DNA of 58,167 nt, taken from contig DATGYA010000606.1 of the NCBI GenBank assembly GCA_035298405.1, positions 1 to 58,167 of the forward strand. Reading direction: 5' to 3'. A program made the position numbers and the translations under genes. The stretch comes from Kamptonema sp. (lineage in GTDB: Bacteria; Cyanobacteriota; Cyanobacteriia; Cyanobacteriales; Microcoleaceae). Shown here piece after piece: positions 10,721-19,823 of the stretch. Under the pieces are notes generated by a model. It was not told where the DNA came from. It did no database searches and saw nothing but the letters and a program-made list of their open reading frames with translations. How positions within the stretch are numbered: the first letter of the stretch is position 1; every line of letters starts with the position of its first letter.

Positions 10721-12023
10721 GTCACTGCTCAAAGATAAAATGGGTTGGTCTGCTACTATCCTCGGTTCTAAAGAAATTGCTAGAGCTGTAGAAAAACGGA
10801 GGGTAGCAGAGAATTTGCCGGATATGCAAACTTATCTACAGCAATTGCAGACATCAACCCAAGAACTAGAAGAATTGATTGAATTATTAATTGTTCCAGA
10901 AACTTGGTTTTTTCGAGATTGGGAACCCTTTACTTTTTTAGAAGGTTACGTCAAATCTGAGTGGCTACCAACTAAATATCACCGCATCTTGCGTGTCCTC
11001 AGCGTACCCTGTTCTTCTGGTGAAGAACCTTACTCAATTGCCATGACTCTCCTCAATGCAGGTTTGGCATCTAATCAGTTTCAAATTGATGCAGTAGACA
11101 TTAGTAAAAACTCCTTAGAGAAAGCTAGAGAAGCTGTATATAGCTCTAACTCATTTCGCGTAAAAAACCTAGAATTTCAGAAACTCTACTTTAGCAAAGT
11201 TGGCAATAAATATCAGTTGCATGAGCAAGTTAAAACTGCTGTTAATTTCACACAGGCAAATCTGATCGATGCAAGTTTTATGACTGATAAAAATCCTTAT
11301 GATGTAATTTTTTGTAGAAATGTATTAATTTATTTTGAGGATTCAGCTAGAGTCAAAGCAATTGGGACTTTAAATGGTTTATTAAAAAATGAAGGATTGC
11401 TGTTTTTGGGACACGCGGAGCAAGCGCAGATATTAGCATCTTCGTTTGTATCAGTACAACATCCTTTTGCTTTTGCCTACCGAAAAAAACACAACAATAC
11501 ACAAATTAGCAATAAGCAGTTAACCTCTACCTCAGATTTGAGTTCCCGGTTAGAGCGAAAAAATAATTCTCCTCAATTTATTGATAATTCTCCAATAGTC
11601 AAAAGAAAAAACACTCCTATAGCAAAGCAGGGTTCTACAAAATTGAGAACTGCTTTCTTGAGCATTCCGGAAACACCTACTAAGGAAATAACCAAGGTTC
11701 CAAACCCAATTCAAATGCCAGTTTCTAACCTTGAAACTGCCAGAAAGTTAGCAGATACAGGTCAGTTAAGTGAAGCTGGTATTATGTGCGAAACTTACCT
11801 AAAACAGAATAGCACCAGTGTGGAAGCTTATATTTTGCTGGGTCAAGTTTATCAAGCTAAAGGCATGGAAAGTCAGGCAGAGCAATGCTTCCAAAAAGCA
11901 GTTTATCTAGAACCTAACAACCATGATGCACTCCTGCATCTGGCTTTACTTAAAGAACAGAGTGGGGAGCTTGCTAGAGCAGCAGTTTTACGGCAACGCA
12001 TCCAGCGGCTCAAAAACTCTTAG
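10689..12023 (+). CDS. cheR: CheR methyltransferase with C-terminal TPR (WspC-like)
   Basis: VPETWFFRD, PCSSGEEPYSIAM and DVIFCRNVLIYF; TPR ending FQKAVYLEPNNHDALLHLALL. Confidence 0.95.
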   Translation: MMTATIQAQIESLLKDKMGWSATILGSKEIARAVEKRRVAENLPDMQTYLQQLQTSTQELEELIELLIVPETWFFRDWEPFTFLEGYVKSEWLPTKYHRILRVLSVPCSSGEEPYSIAMTLLNAGLASNQFQIDAVDISKNSLEKAREAVYSSNSFRVKNLEFQKLYFSKVGNKYQLHEQVKTAVNFTQANLIDASFMTDKNPYDVIFCRNVLIYFEDSARVKAIGTLNGLLKNEGLLFLGHAEQAQILASSFVSVQHPFAFAYRKKHNNTQISNKQLTSTSDLSSRLERKNNSPQFIDNSPIVKRKNTPIAKQGSTKLRTAFLSIPETPTKEITKVPNPIQMPVSNLETARKLADTGQLSEAGIMCETYLKQNSTSVEAYILLGQVYQAKGMESQAEQCFQKAVYLEPNNHDALLHLALLKEQSGELARAAVLRQRIQRLKNS

Positions 12024-12108
12024 AGTAGACATTAGTCCCCTGAACTGATAAAATTTAATTGGCTGCTAAAAACTAATAAGTGCCAAACAACTAACCAGGA
12101 GTAAACTG

Positions 12109-13860
12109 ATGTTTAAAAATATGAGCTTGCAAAAGCGTCTATTTAGCGCCTTTCTATTCATTGGTGTACTTGTACTAATTGTAGGTTTAATCGGCTGGCT
12201 CGGTAGTGTGCGATTGACCCACCACATCTCTGTCCTTAGTAATAATGCTTTTCCTAGCACAGTAAATCTGTGGAAAATTAACGAAGCACAGTCAAGAACA
12301 GCAGGATCGCAAAGATCCTTGATTATTTCATCACTGAATAGCGCTCAGAGACAACAAGAGTTGAACAAAATCGAGACGGGAGTGAAAGATATAGACGAAG
12401 CATTGAATCAATACAACAAAATTACTCGCGACTCAGAAGAAGACAAACTCTATAAAAAATTTGAAACGGCTTTTGCTAATCGGAAAACTGCTCGGCAAGA
12501 ATTTCTACAGTTACACAACCAATTTCAGCAATTTGATATAATCGACCCCAAACAAGTTCAGCTAGATTTGTTGGCTCAAGGGAGAAATAATACACCAGAG
12601 TATGCAAATGCCAAAGCAGCTAACGAAGCCTTAAGGCTAATGAGAGATTACGCATTTACAAAATTAGATCCCGTATTCCAGACTTCAGTAGATACACTGC
12701 AAGAACTCATATCGTACAACAGTAAACTAGCAGAGAAAGCTGATGAAAATGCCGATGTAGATGTTAAAATAATCTCATTTTTAATTGGGGTATTTCTGTT
12801 ACTTGGACCGCTAAGTGCAATACTATTTGGTTGGTACTTCAGCAATACAATCGCTAAACCAATGGGTGCAAAAATAGCTGGAGTTGTAGGAGTTGCAGAA
12901 AAGATTTCTACTGGAGATTTGACTACGAAAGTCCAGGATACAGGCACTCAAGATGAAGTCGGAAAATTAGAAACTGCCTTCCGAATTATGACTGAGAACC
13001 TGAGTTCTTTAATCCGCCAAGTCCAACAATCTGGTATTCAAATTACCTCTTCAGCCACCCAAATTGCTGCTTCTGGCAAGCAATTAGAAGCAACTATCAC
13101 CGAACAAGTAGCCTCTACCAATCAAGTAGCTGCCACAGCGAGAGCGATTGCTGCTACTTCTGGACAATTGGTAAAAACAATGGATGAAGTTGAGAACACA
13201 TCCCACGTAACTGCACAGTCGGCAGGTGACAGTCAAAAAGACTTGTTGCAGATGGAAAAAACGATGCGGAAGTTGGCAGATGCTACGGGGAGCATTTCTA
13301 GCAAACTGGGAGTAATTAGCGATAAAGCCAATAACATTAATAGCATAGTTACTACAATTACCAAAGTAGCAGATCAAACTAATTTACTATCATTGAATGC
13401 GGCAATTGAAGCGGAAAAAGCCGGGGAATATGGCACTGGTTGTGCTGTGGTTGCCCGTGAAATTCGCCGCTTAGCTGACCAAACAGCCGTTGCTACCTTG
13501 GACATTGAAAACATGGTGAAAGAAATGCAAAGTGCGGTTTCCACAGGGGTAATGGAAATGGATAAATTCACCAAAGATGTAGAAAGAGGTGTGGAAGATG
13601 TGAGGAATATCGGGATAAAATTAGATACAATCATCGAGCAAGTTCAAAATCTAACTCCTCGCTTTCAACAGGTGACAGGCAGCATGGAAGGGCAATCAGA
13701 GGGAGCGCAGCAAATTAGCGAGGCAATGGTACAGTTAAGTGAAGCTTCATCGCAAACGGCCCAGTCTTTGCGTGAGATTAACGGTGCTATTAGTCAATTA
13801 AATGAGGCAGCACAAGGCTTACGTCAGGAAGTCTCTCGTTTTAAAGTTGCAAGTAATTGA
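12109..13860 (+). CDS. Methyl-accepting chemotaxis protein 1 (WspA-like; four-helix-bundle-type sensor, HAMP)
   Basis: Two TM segments, HAMP (ISTGDLT...DEVGKL) and signalling domain [22 protein letters not shown]. Confidence 0.95.
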   Translation: MFKNMSLQKRLFSAFLFIGVLVLIVGLIGWLGSVRLTHHISVLSNNAFPSTVNLWKINEAQSRTAGSQRSLIISSLNSAQRQQELNKIETGVKDIDEALNQYNKITRDSEEDKLYKKFETAFANRKTARQEFLQLHNQFQQFDIIDPKQVQLDLLAQGRNNTPEYANAKAANEALRLMRDYAFTKLDPVFQTSVDTLQELISYNSKLAEKADENADVDVKIISFLIGVFLLLGPLSAILFGWYFSNTIAKPMGAKIAGVVGVAEKISTGDLTTKVQDTGTQDEVGKLETAFRIMTENLSSLIRQVQQSGIQITSSATQIAASGKQLEATITEQVASTNQVAATARAIAATSGQLVKTMDEVENTSHVTAQSAGDSQKDLLQMEKTMRKLADATGSISSKLGVISDKANNINSIVTTITKVADQTNLLSLNAAIEAEKAGEYGTGCAVVAREIRRLADQTAVATLDIENMVKEMQSAVSTGVMEMDKFTKDVERGVEDVRNIGIKLDTIIEQVQNLTPRFQQVTGSMEGQSEGAQQISEAMVQLSEASSQTAQSLREINGAISQLNEAAQGLRQEVSRFKVASN

Positions 13861-13913
13861 ACTCAAAAAGGTTACAATGCAATGTAAACAAGTAAAAATC
13901 GGAGACAAATCAA

Positions 13914-15557
13914 ATGGTCGGAAATTTTAAATTAAGAGAACGTCTACTAATTGGATATGCAATACCTACCATTGTCTTCATAATATTCGCCGCGATCGTT
14001 TTTTTCAATAGTCTGCAAACAGCCGAAACTTTCCAAAAAGTAAATACAGCCCAAAATATGATTATCGAAACCGATGATATGATTTTGAGGGTTTCGTTGA
14101 TGGCTCGGCAAGTTCGTGGTTATCTACTTGTTGGTAATGCTGAAGGTGCTTTAGAAAGTTTTGATAAAGAAGAAAATAATTTTACGGATGCAGCTAACCG
14201 TGCCGAAAGTATCATCAAAAAAAACGGAGATCGAGAACAGGAACAAAGATTTACAAAAATGATTGAGCTCAAAAATCAGTTTAAAGATTTGGCTAAAAGA
14301 ACTTTCGCTCTGAAAGATCAAGGTCAGCAAAAACTGGCAGTAGATTCATATTTGGCAGAATCCAAACAGAATCTTGGGGAATTCGACAAATTGATCCGTG
14401 AATTTCGCCAAGAACAGCTAGACATATTGACAAAAGATATTGAAGATACCCAAAATGCTCTTAGGTACATACAATCAGCATCTGTAGTCATTCCCATAAT
14501 AGCTTTAGCTATAGCTCTAGTGGTCGGGTTTCTAATTGCACAAATTGTAGAAGGAATAATTAGCAGAGTTGCTAACGTGCAAGGACAGGCAGAAAAGGTA
14601 GCTACTGGGGATCTAACTACCAAAGTGGAAGTTACCGATGCTAATAAGGATGAGATTGGAAAATTACAGCTTGCCTTCGGTAAAATGACTGACAACTTGA
14701 ATTCATTAATCCGCCAAGTGCAACAATCCGGCATTCAAATTACTACATCTGCCACCCAAATTGCTGCTTCTGGCAAACAACTAGAGGCAACGATGACAGA
14801 ACAACTTGCCTCCACGAATGAGGTAGCTGCTACAGCCAGACAAATTTCTGCCAATTCCAAACAGCTAGTGAAAACGATTGGTGAAGTCGAACAGACATCT
14901 CAAGTAACTGGACAGGGCGCAGGTGACAGTCAAAAAGACTTGTTGCAAATGGAAAAAACCATGAAAAACTTGGCTGGTGCTACCAACAGTATCTCTGCAA
15001 AACTGGGAGTAATTAGCGATAAAGCCAATAACATTAATAGCATCGTTACCACAATTACCAAAGTAGCGGATCAAACTAATTTACTATCATTAAATGCGGC
15101 AATTGAAGCGGAAAAAGCCGGGGAATATGGCACTGGTTTTGCTGTGGTTGCCCGTGAAATTCGCCGCTTAGCTGACCAAACAGCCGTTGCTACCTTGGAC
15201 ATTGAAAATATGGTGAAAGAAATGCAAAGTGCGGTTTCCACAGGGGTAATGGAAATGGATAAATTCACCAAAGATGTAGAAAGAGGAGTGGAAGATGTGA
15301 GGAATATCGGGATGAAATTAGATACAATCATCGAGCAAGTTCAAAATCTAACTCCTCGTTTTCAACAGGTGACAGGCAGCATGGAAGGGCAGTCAGAGGG
15401 GGCGCAGCAAATTAGCGAGGCAATGGTACAGTTAAGTGAAACTTCATCGCAAACGGCCCAGTCTTTGCGCGAGATTAACGGTGCTATTAGTCAATTAAAT
15501 GAGGCAGCACAAGGCTTGCGTCAGGAAGTCTCTCGTTTTAAAGTTGCAAGTAATTAA
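13914..15557 (+). CDS. Methyl-accepting chemotaxis protein 2 (CHASE3-like sensor, HAMP)
   Basis: Two TM segments, QVRGYLL sensor motif, HAMP (ATGDLT...DEIGKL) and [13 protein letters not shown]. Confidence 0.95.
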   Translation: MVGNFKLRERLLIGYAIPTIVFIIFAAIVFFNSLQTAETFQKVNTAQNMIIETDDMILRVSLMARQVRGYLLVGNAEGALESFDKEENNFTDAANRAESIIKKNGDREQEQRFTKMIELKNQFKDLAKRTFALKDQGQQKLAVDSYLAESKQNLGEFDKLIREFRQEQLDILTKDIEDTQNALRYIQSASVVIPIIALAIALVVGFLIAQIVEGIISRVANVQGQAEKVATGDLTTKVEVTDANKDEIGKLQLAFGKMTDNLNSLIRQVQQSGIQITTSATQIAASGKQLEATMTEQLASTNEVAATARQISANSKQLVKTIGEVEQTSQVTGQGAGDSQKDLLQMEKTMKNLAGATNSISAKLGVISDKANNINSIVTTITKVADQTNLLSLNAAIEAEKAGEYGTGFAVVAREIRRLADQTAVATLDIENMVKEMQSAVSTGVMEMDKFTKDVERGVEDVRNIGMKLDTIIEQVQNLTPRFQQVTGSMEGQSEGAQQISEAMVQLSETSSQTAQSLREINGAISQLNEAAQGLRQEVSRFKVASN

Positions 15558-15667
15558 ATCCCAAAAAGCATAAATTGTATGTTCAAATAATATTTATAAA
15601 ACAGTTCAGACTGAATGGGATAGATGGACATTATCTCATCAAGAATTTGTCAACCTTAGTAAATGCA

Positions 15668-15705
15668 CTGCTAGGCTTTGATTGCATACAATCAAAGCCT
15701 AGCAG
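15668..15705. terminator. Perfect 17-bp-stem hairpin (terminator or processing signal candidate)
   Basis: CTGCTAGGCTTTGATTG-cata-CAATCAAAGCCTAGCAG; no clear U-tract. Confidence 0.55.
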
Positions 15706-15756
15706 ACTCTGCTCGCAAGACACCTAACCAAGATGTAACTATAAGTAGATTCTGGA

Positions 15757-15867
15757 TCGCAAACAGCCCAGTCTTTACGCGAGATTAATGGTGCGATTAG
15801 TCAATTAAATGAAGCGGCTCAAGGTCTACGTATGGAGGTGTCTCGCTTTAGGGTAGCACCTGTATAA
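15757..15867 (+). pseudogene. 3'-terminal relic of an additional MCP gene
   Basis: Translates [36 protein letters not shown], nearly identical to the ends of MCP1/2, with no upstream coding body. Confidence 0.88.
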
Positions 15868-15973
15868 ATTTTTTTTATAAAGTGCTTTGACCTTAAAGAA
15901 GTTATAATCAATGTTGAGTCAGCTCTAGAGCAATCTAGTTATCATTAAGGAATCACTAACCTGGACTAAAGAG

Positions 15974-17497
15974 ATGTTCAAAAATATATCGTTGCCAATC
16001 CGGATCGTCAGCTCATTTATACTGGTTGGTTTACTTCTATTAATAGTAGGTTTAATTGGCTGGTTTGCAACTTCGCGACTGAGCAACGACCTCGCAATAG
16101 TCAGCGATAAGGCTTTTCCAAGCATGGTCAATCTGTGGAAAGTCAATGAAGCACAATCTAGAATTCAATCCTCAGAAAATTTGTTGTTGGTCACAGCCTT
16201 AACCGCCGAGCAAAGGCAGAAAACTGTCGCAGAAATGGAGAAAGCTATAAAAGATATAGATGTAGCCTTTAACGACTACGCAAAAAAAACTCGCGATCCA
16301 CAAGAAGAGAACCTTTATAAAAGAGTTGTGCCGGAAAGAGAGAAATGGTTAGCAGCTCATAATCAATTTGTTAAGCTTCACGAAGAATTTTTGAAGTATG
16401 GGGTTATTAACCCCAGACAAGTTCTAAACGATCTGGTGAAGCAGGGAAAAACTAATGCACCTGAGTATGCAGCCGCAGAGGGTGCGGTTGGGGTAATTAC
16501 CAAAATGAATGATTTCGCAGCGACGACATTAGATACAACATTTGACTCATCAATAAATGCACTGCAAGAACTCATATCATACAATGAAAGTGTGGCAAAT
16601 ACTGTTCGCAAAACATCCAGTCAAGATGCAGCAAACAGCACATTCTGGATAGTTGTAGTTTTAATTTTGGGGTCACTAATCGCTGGAATTTTTGCTATTT
16701 ATATTCGCCAATCTGCGAGTCAAATCACTAAAACTGCTATCCAAATAGCTGCTTCTGGCAAACAACTAGAGGCAACAATGACAGAACAGGTTGCCTCTAC
16801 AAATGAAGTAGCCGCTACAGCAAAAGAAATTGCCGCTAATTCCAAACACCTACTAAAAACAATAGATGAAGTTGAGCAAACATCCCAAGTAACTGCACAG
16901 GCAGCAGGTGATAGTCAAAAAGACTTGATAGACATGGAAAGCACCATGCGAAAGTTAGCGGATTCAACTAGCAAGATTTCTTCAAGATTGGGAACAATTA
17001 GCGATAAAGCTAACAGCATCAACAGTATAATTACCACGATCACAAAAGTAGCAGATCAAACAAACTTGCTTTCACTCAATGCGGCAATTGAAGCTGAAAA
17101 AGCTGGGGAATATGGAACGGGGTTTGCGGTAGTTGCCCGTGAAATTCGCCGCCTAGCCGATCAGACAGCAGTTGCTACCTTAGACATTGAAATGATGGTA
17201 AAAGAGATGCAAGGTGCAGTTACTACAGGGGTGATGGAAATGGATAAATTTACTAAAGATGTAGAAGTGGGTGTAGATGATGTTCGTAATATAGGCGGTA
17301 AATTAGAGTCAATTATTGAGCAAGTACAAACTTTAACACCCCGTTTTCAACAAGTGAGTGCCAATATGGAAGGACAGTCCCAGGGGGCTGAGCAAATCAG
17401 TGAGGCAATGGTACACTTAACTGAAGCTTCATCGCAAACAGCTCAGTCTTTGCGTGAGATAAATAATGCTCTGCGGCAATTGAACCAGGGGGGATAA
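15974..17497 (+). CDS. Methyl-accepting chemotaxis protein 3 (sensor paralogous to MCP1, no HAMP, shortened C-terminus)
   Basis: [17 protein letters not shown] sensor as in MCP1; TM2 runs directly into the signalling domain. Confidence 0.92.
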   Translation: MFKNISLPIRIVSSFILVGLLLLIVGLIGWFATSRLSNDLAIVSDKAFPSMVNLWKVNEAQSRIQSSENLLLVTALTAEQRQKTVAEMEKAIKDIDVAFNDYAKKTRDPQEENLYKRVVPEREKWLAAHNQFVKLHEEFLKYGVINPRQVLNDLVKQGKTNAPEYAAAEGAVGVITKMNDFAATTLDTTFDSSINALQELISYNESVANTVRKTSSQDAANSTFWIVVVLILGSLIAGIFAIYIRQSASQITKTAIQIAASGKQLEATMTEQVASTNEVAATAKEIAANSKHLLKTIDEVEQTSQVTAQAAGDSQKDLIDMESTMRKLADSTSKISSRLGTISDKANSINSIITTITKVADQTNLLSLNAAIEAEKAGEYGTGFAVVAREIRRLADQTAVATLDIEMMVKEMQGAVTTGVMEMDKFTKDVEVGVDDVRNIGGKLESIIEQVQTLTPRFQQVSANMEGQSQGAEQISEAMVHLTEASSQTAQSLREINNALRQLNQGG

Positions 17498-17558
17498 GGC
17501 TAACGCTAGTACATCTCTGGTTTTCAAGCTGCTTAGTTCTGACCTTGAAAGGGTTATA

Positions 17559-19085
17559 ATGAATATTGATGCCGCAGTCTATTGGTATAAATACTACGAG
17601 ATGATTGACAAAATGAACTTCCGAACACGCCTTCTTCTTACTTATTTGATTCCCGCAATATTATTCATATTGTTGAGCGGATTAGTATATGTAAATGCTT
17701 CTCGATCGCTCGACCTTTATCAGACAACAAGAATAGGGCGGAATACGCTTCTAGGAACAAAGGAAATGATGTTGAGAACTTCGATGATGGCTAGGCAAGT
17801 TCGCGGCTATCTACTTGTGGGCAATGCTGAGGGTGCTGCCCAATCTTTTGACATCCAGCAAAATAAGTATTTGGAAGCGAGGAAAGGGGTAGAAATATTA
17901 ATCGCAAAACATCCCAATGCCCAGCAACAAGAAAGATTTAGTAAGATGATAGATTTAGAGAATCAATTTGAAGAACTATCGAAAAGAACTTTCCGTTTGA
18001 GAGATGAAGGTAAGCTGCCAGAGGCAATAAATACATACCTAGCAGAATCGAAAAACAATTTGGGAGAATTCGATAAAACCAATGAAGAATTCACTAAAGT
18101 TGAGCTAGAATCCTTGAAATCGCTGAGTGATGAAACAGAAAGGGCTCTTCAGTTAATAATTTTATCATCTATAGCCATTACAGTTCTAGCCCTAGTGGTG
18201 GCATATATGATTTTCAACCTAGCCAAGAACTTGAGTTCATTAATTCAACAGGTGCAGCAATCTGGGATTCAAATTACGAGTTCTAGCACCCAAATCGCTG
18301 CTTCTGGCAAGCAACTTGAAGCAACAATGACTGAACAGACGGTCTCCACTAATGAGATGGCAGCTACAGTTAAGGAGATTGCTGCGACATCTTCAGAACT
18401 GGTGAAGACTATGGATGAAGTGGAATATACGTCGCAAGCTACGGCTGAGGGGACGGCGGATAGTCAAAAAGACTTAATACAGATGGAAAAAACGATGCGA
18501 ATCCTGGCAGATGCGACTAATAAGATTTCATCAAAACTGGGAACAATTAGTGATAAAGCTAATAATATTAACAGTATTGTTATAACTATTACCAAAGTAG
18601 CGGATCAAACTAATTTACTTTCCCTTAATGCGGCAATTGAAGCGGAAAAAGCTGGGGAGTACGGAACGGGGTTTGCTGTGGTTGCCCGTGAAATTCGTCG
18701 GTTAGCCGATCAGACAGCAGTGGCGACGTTAGATATTGAAAATACGGTAAAAGAGATGCAAAGCTCAGTTTCGACAGGGGTGATGGAAATGGATAAGTTT
18801 ACCAAAGACGTAGAGCGGGGTGTGGAAGATGTCCGTAATATTGGCGGAAAGCTAGAGTCAATTATTGGGCAAGTGCAAACCTTAAATCCCCGCTTTCAAC
18901 AGGTGAGTAGCAGTATGGAAGGACAGTCAGAGGGGGCAAATCAAATTAGTGAAGGAATGGTGCAGCTAAGTGAAGCTTCTTCGCAAACGACTCAATCTCT
19001 CCGTGAAATTAACAGTGCGATTCGGGAATTGAACGAAACGGCACAAGCCTTACGTCAGCGAATCTCTGGCTATAATGTTGGATAG
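17559..19085 (+). CDS. Methyl-accepting chemotaxis protein 4 (sensor paralogous to MCP2, no HAMP); true start may be 17601 or 17613
   Basis: [18 protein letters not shown] as in MCP2; intact signalling domain. Confidence 0.92.
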   Translation: MNIDAAVYWYKYYEMIDKMNFRTRLLLTYLIPAILFILLSGLVYVNASRSLDLYQTTRIGRNTLLGTKEMMLRTSMMARQVRGYLLVGNAEGAAQSFDIQQNKYLEARKGVEILIAKHPNAQQQERFSKMIDLENQFEELSKRTFRLRDEGKLPEAINTYLAESKNNLGEFDKTNEEFTKVELESLKSLSDETERALQLIILSSIAITVLALVVAYMIFNLAKNLSSLIQQVQQSGIQITSSSTQIAASGKQLEATMTEQTVSTNEMAATVKEIAATSSELVKTMDEVEYTSQATAEGTADSQKDLIQMEKTMRILADATNKISSKLGTISDKANNINSIVITITKVADQTNLLSLNAAIEAEKAGEYGTGFAVVAREIRRLADQTAVATLDIENTVKEMQSSVSTGVMEMDKFTKDVERGVEDVRNIGGKLESIIGQVQTLNPRFQQVSSSMEGQSEGANQISEGMVQLSEASSQTTQSLREINSAIRELNETAQALRQRISGYNVG

Positions 19086-19130
19086 ACTGAGGTGAGGGTT
19101 CGTACTAAACTGGGTTTAGAATAAAACTTT

Positions 19131-19823
19131 ATGAGCAACGATTGTTGGAACCAAATAGGGGTTGAGGGCGATCGCTCCTGCAAAGAACTTAAAATATTCA
19201 CTCACTGTCGGAACTGCCCTGTGTATTCTGCTGCCGGACGCAGTTTATTAGAAAGGGAAGCACCGCCAGAGTATGTAAAAGAGTGGACGGAAGTACTAGC
19301 AAAAACTCCACCTGATAATTCTCAAGCTCAAATCAACGGGACGCTTGTTATTTCTGGAGAAACTGTATCAGTAATGATCTTTCTCTTGGGCGGCGAATGG
19401 TTAGCTTTGCCGGTACGATTACTTCAGGAAGTGACGGCTCCCTGTGTAATTCATACGCTCCCACACCGCAACAGCGAACTGTTTATGGGTTTGGTGAATA
19501 TTAGAGGAGAAATTCTGATGTGTGTTTCCCTGAGCCATCTCCTTGATTTGGAAGATAAGTCTAAATCTTCATCAGATCGTGCTATTTCCCAGGCTGCTCA
19601 ACGAATGATTGTTGTGGCAAGCGGAGACAATAGGTGGGTGTTTGTCGTTGACGAAGTTTGTGGTCTGCATCGCTTCCCGATCGGAGAATTAGAAAATACA
19701 CCTGTCGTGATTGCAAAATCTTCTGAAGCTTATACAAAAGGAGTGGTTCGTTGGCAGGGGCATAAGGTGAATTATCTGGATGCAGATTTATTATTTTACA
19801 CCTTAAACAAGAGAATATTATGA
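19131..19823 (+). CDS. cheW: CheW-domain adaptor with Cys-rich N-terminus (WspD-like)
   Basis: DCWNQIGVEGDRSC...HCRNCPVYS N-terminus typical of WspD; IHTLPHR...GLVNIRGE. Confidence 0.93.
   Translation: MSNDCWNQIGVEGDRSCKELKIFTHCRNCPVYSAAGRSLLEREAPPEYVKEWTEVLAKTPPDNSQAQINGTLVISGETVSVMIFLLGGEWLALPVRLLQEVTAPCVIHTLPHRNSELFMGLVNIRGEILMCVSLSHLLDLEDKSKSSSDRAISQAAQRMIVVASGDNRWVFVVDEVCGLHRFPIGELENTPVVIAKSSEAYTKGVVRWQGHKVNYLDADLLFYTLNKRIL

Noticed and set aside
13084-15331. Duplicated minus-strand ORFs (86 aa twice) within MCP1/MCP2
   Set aside because: A by-product of the duplicated MCP signalling-domain DNA on the opposite strand.
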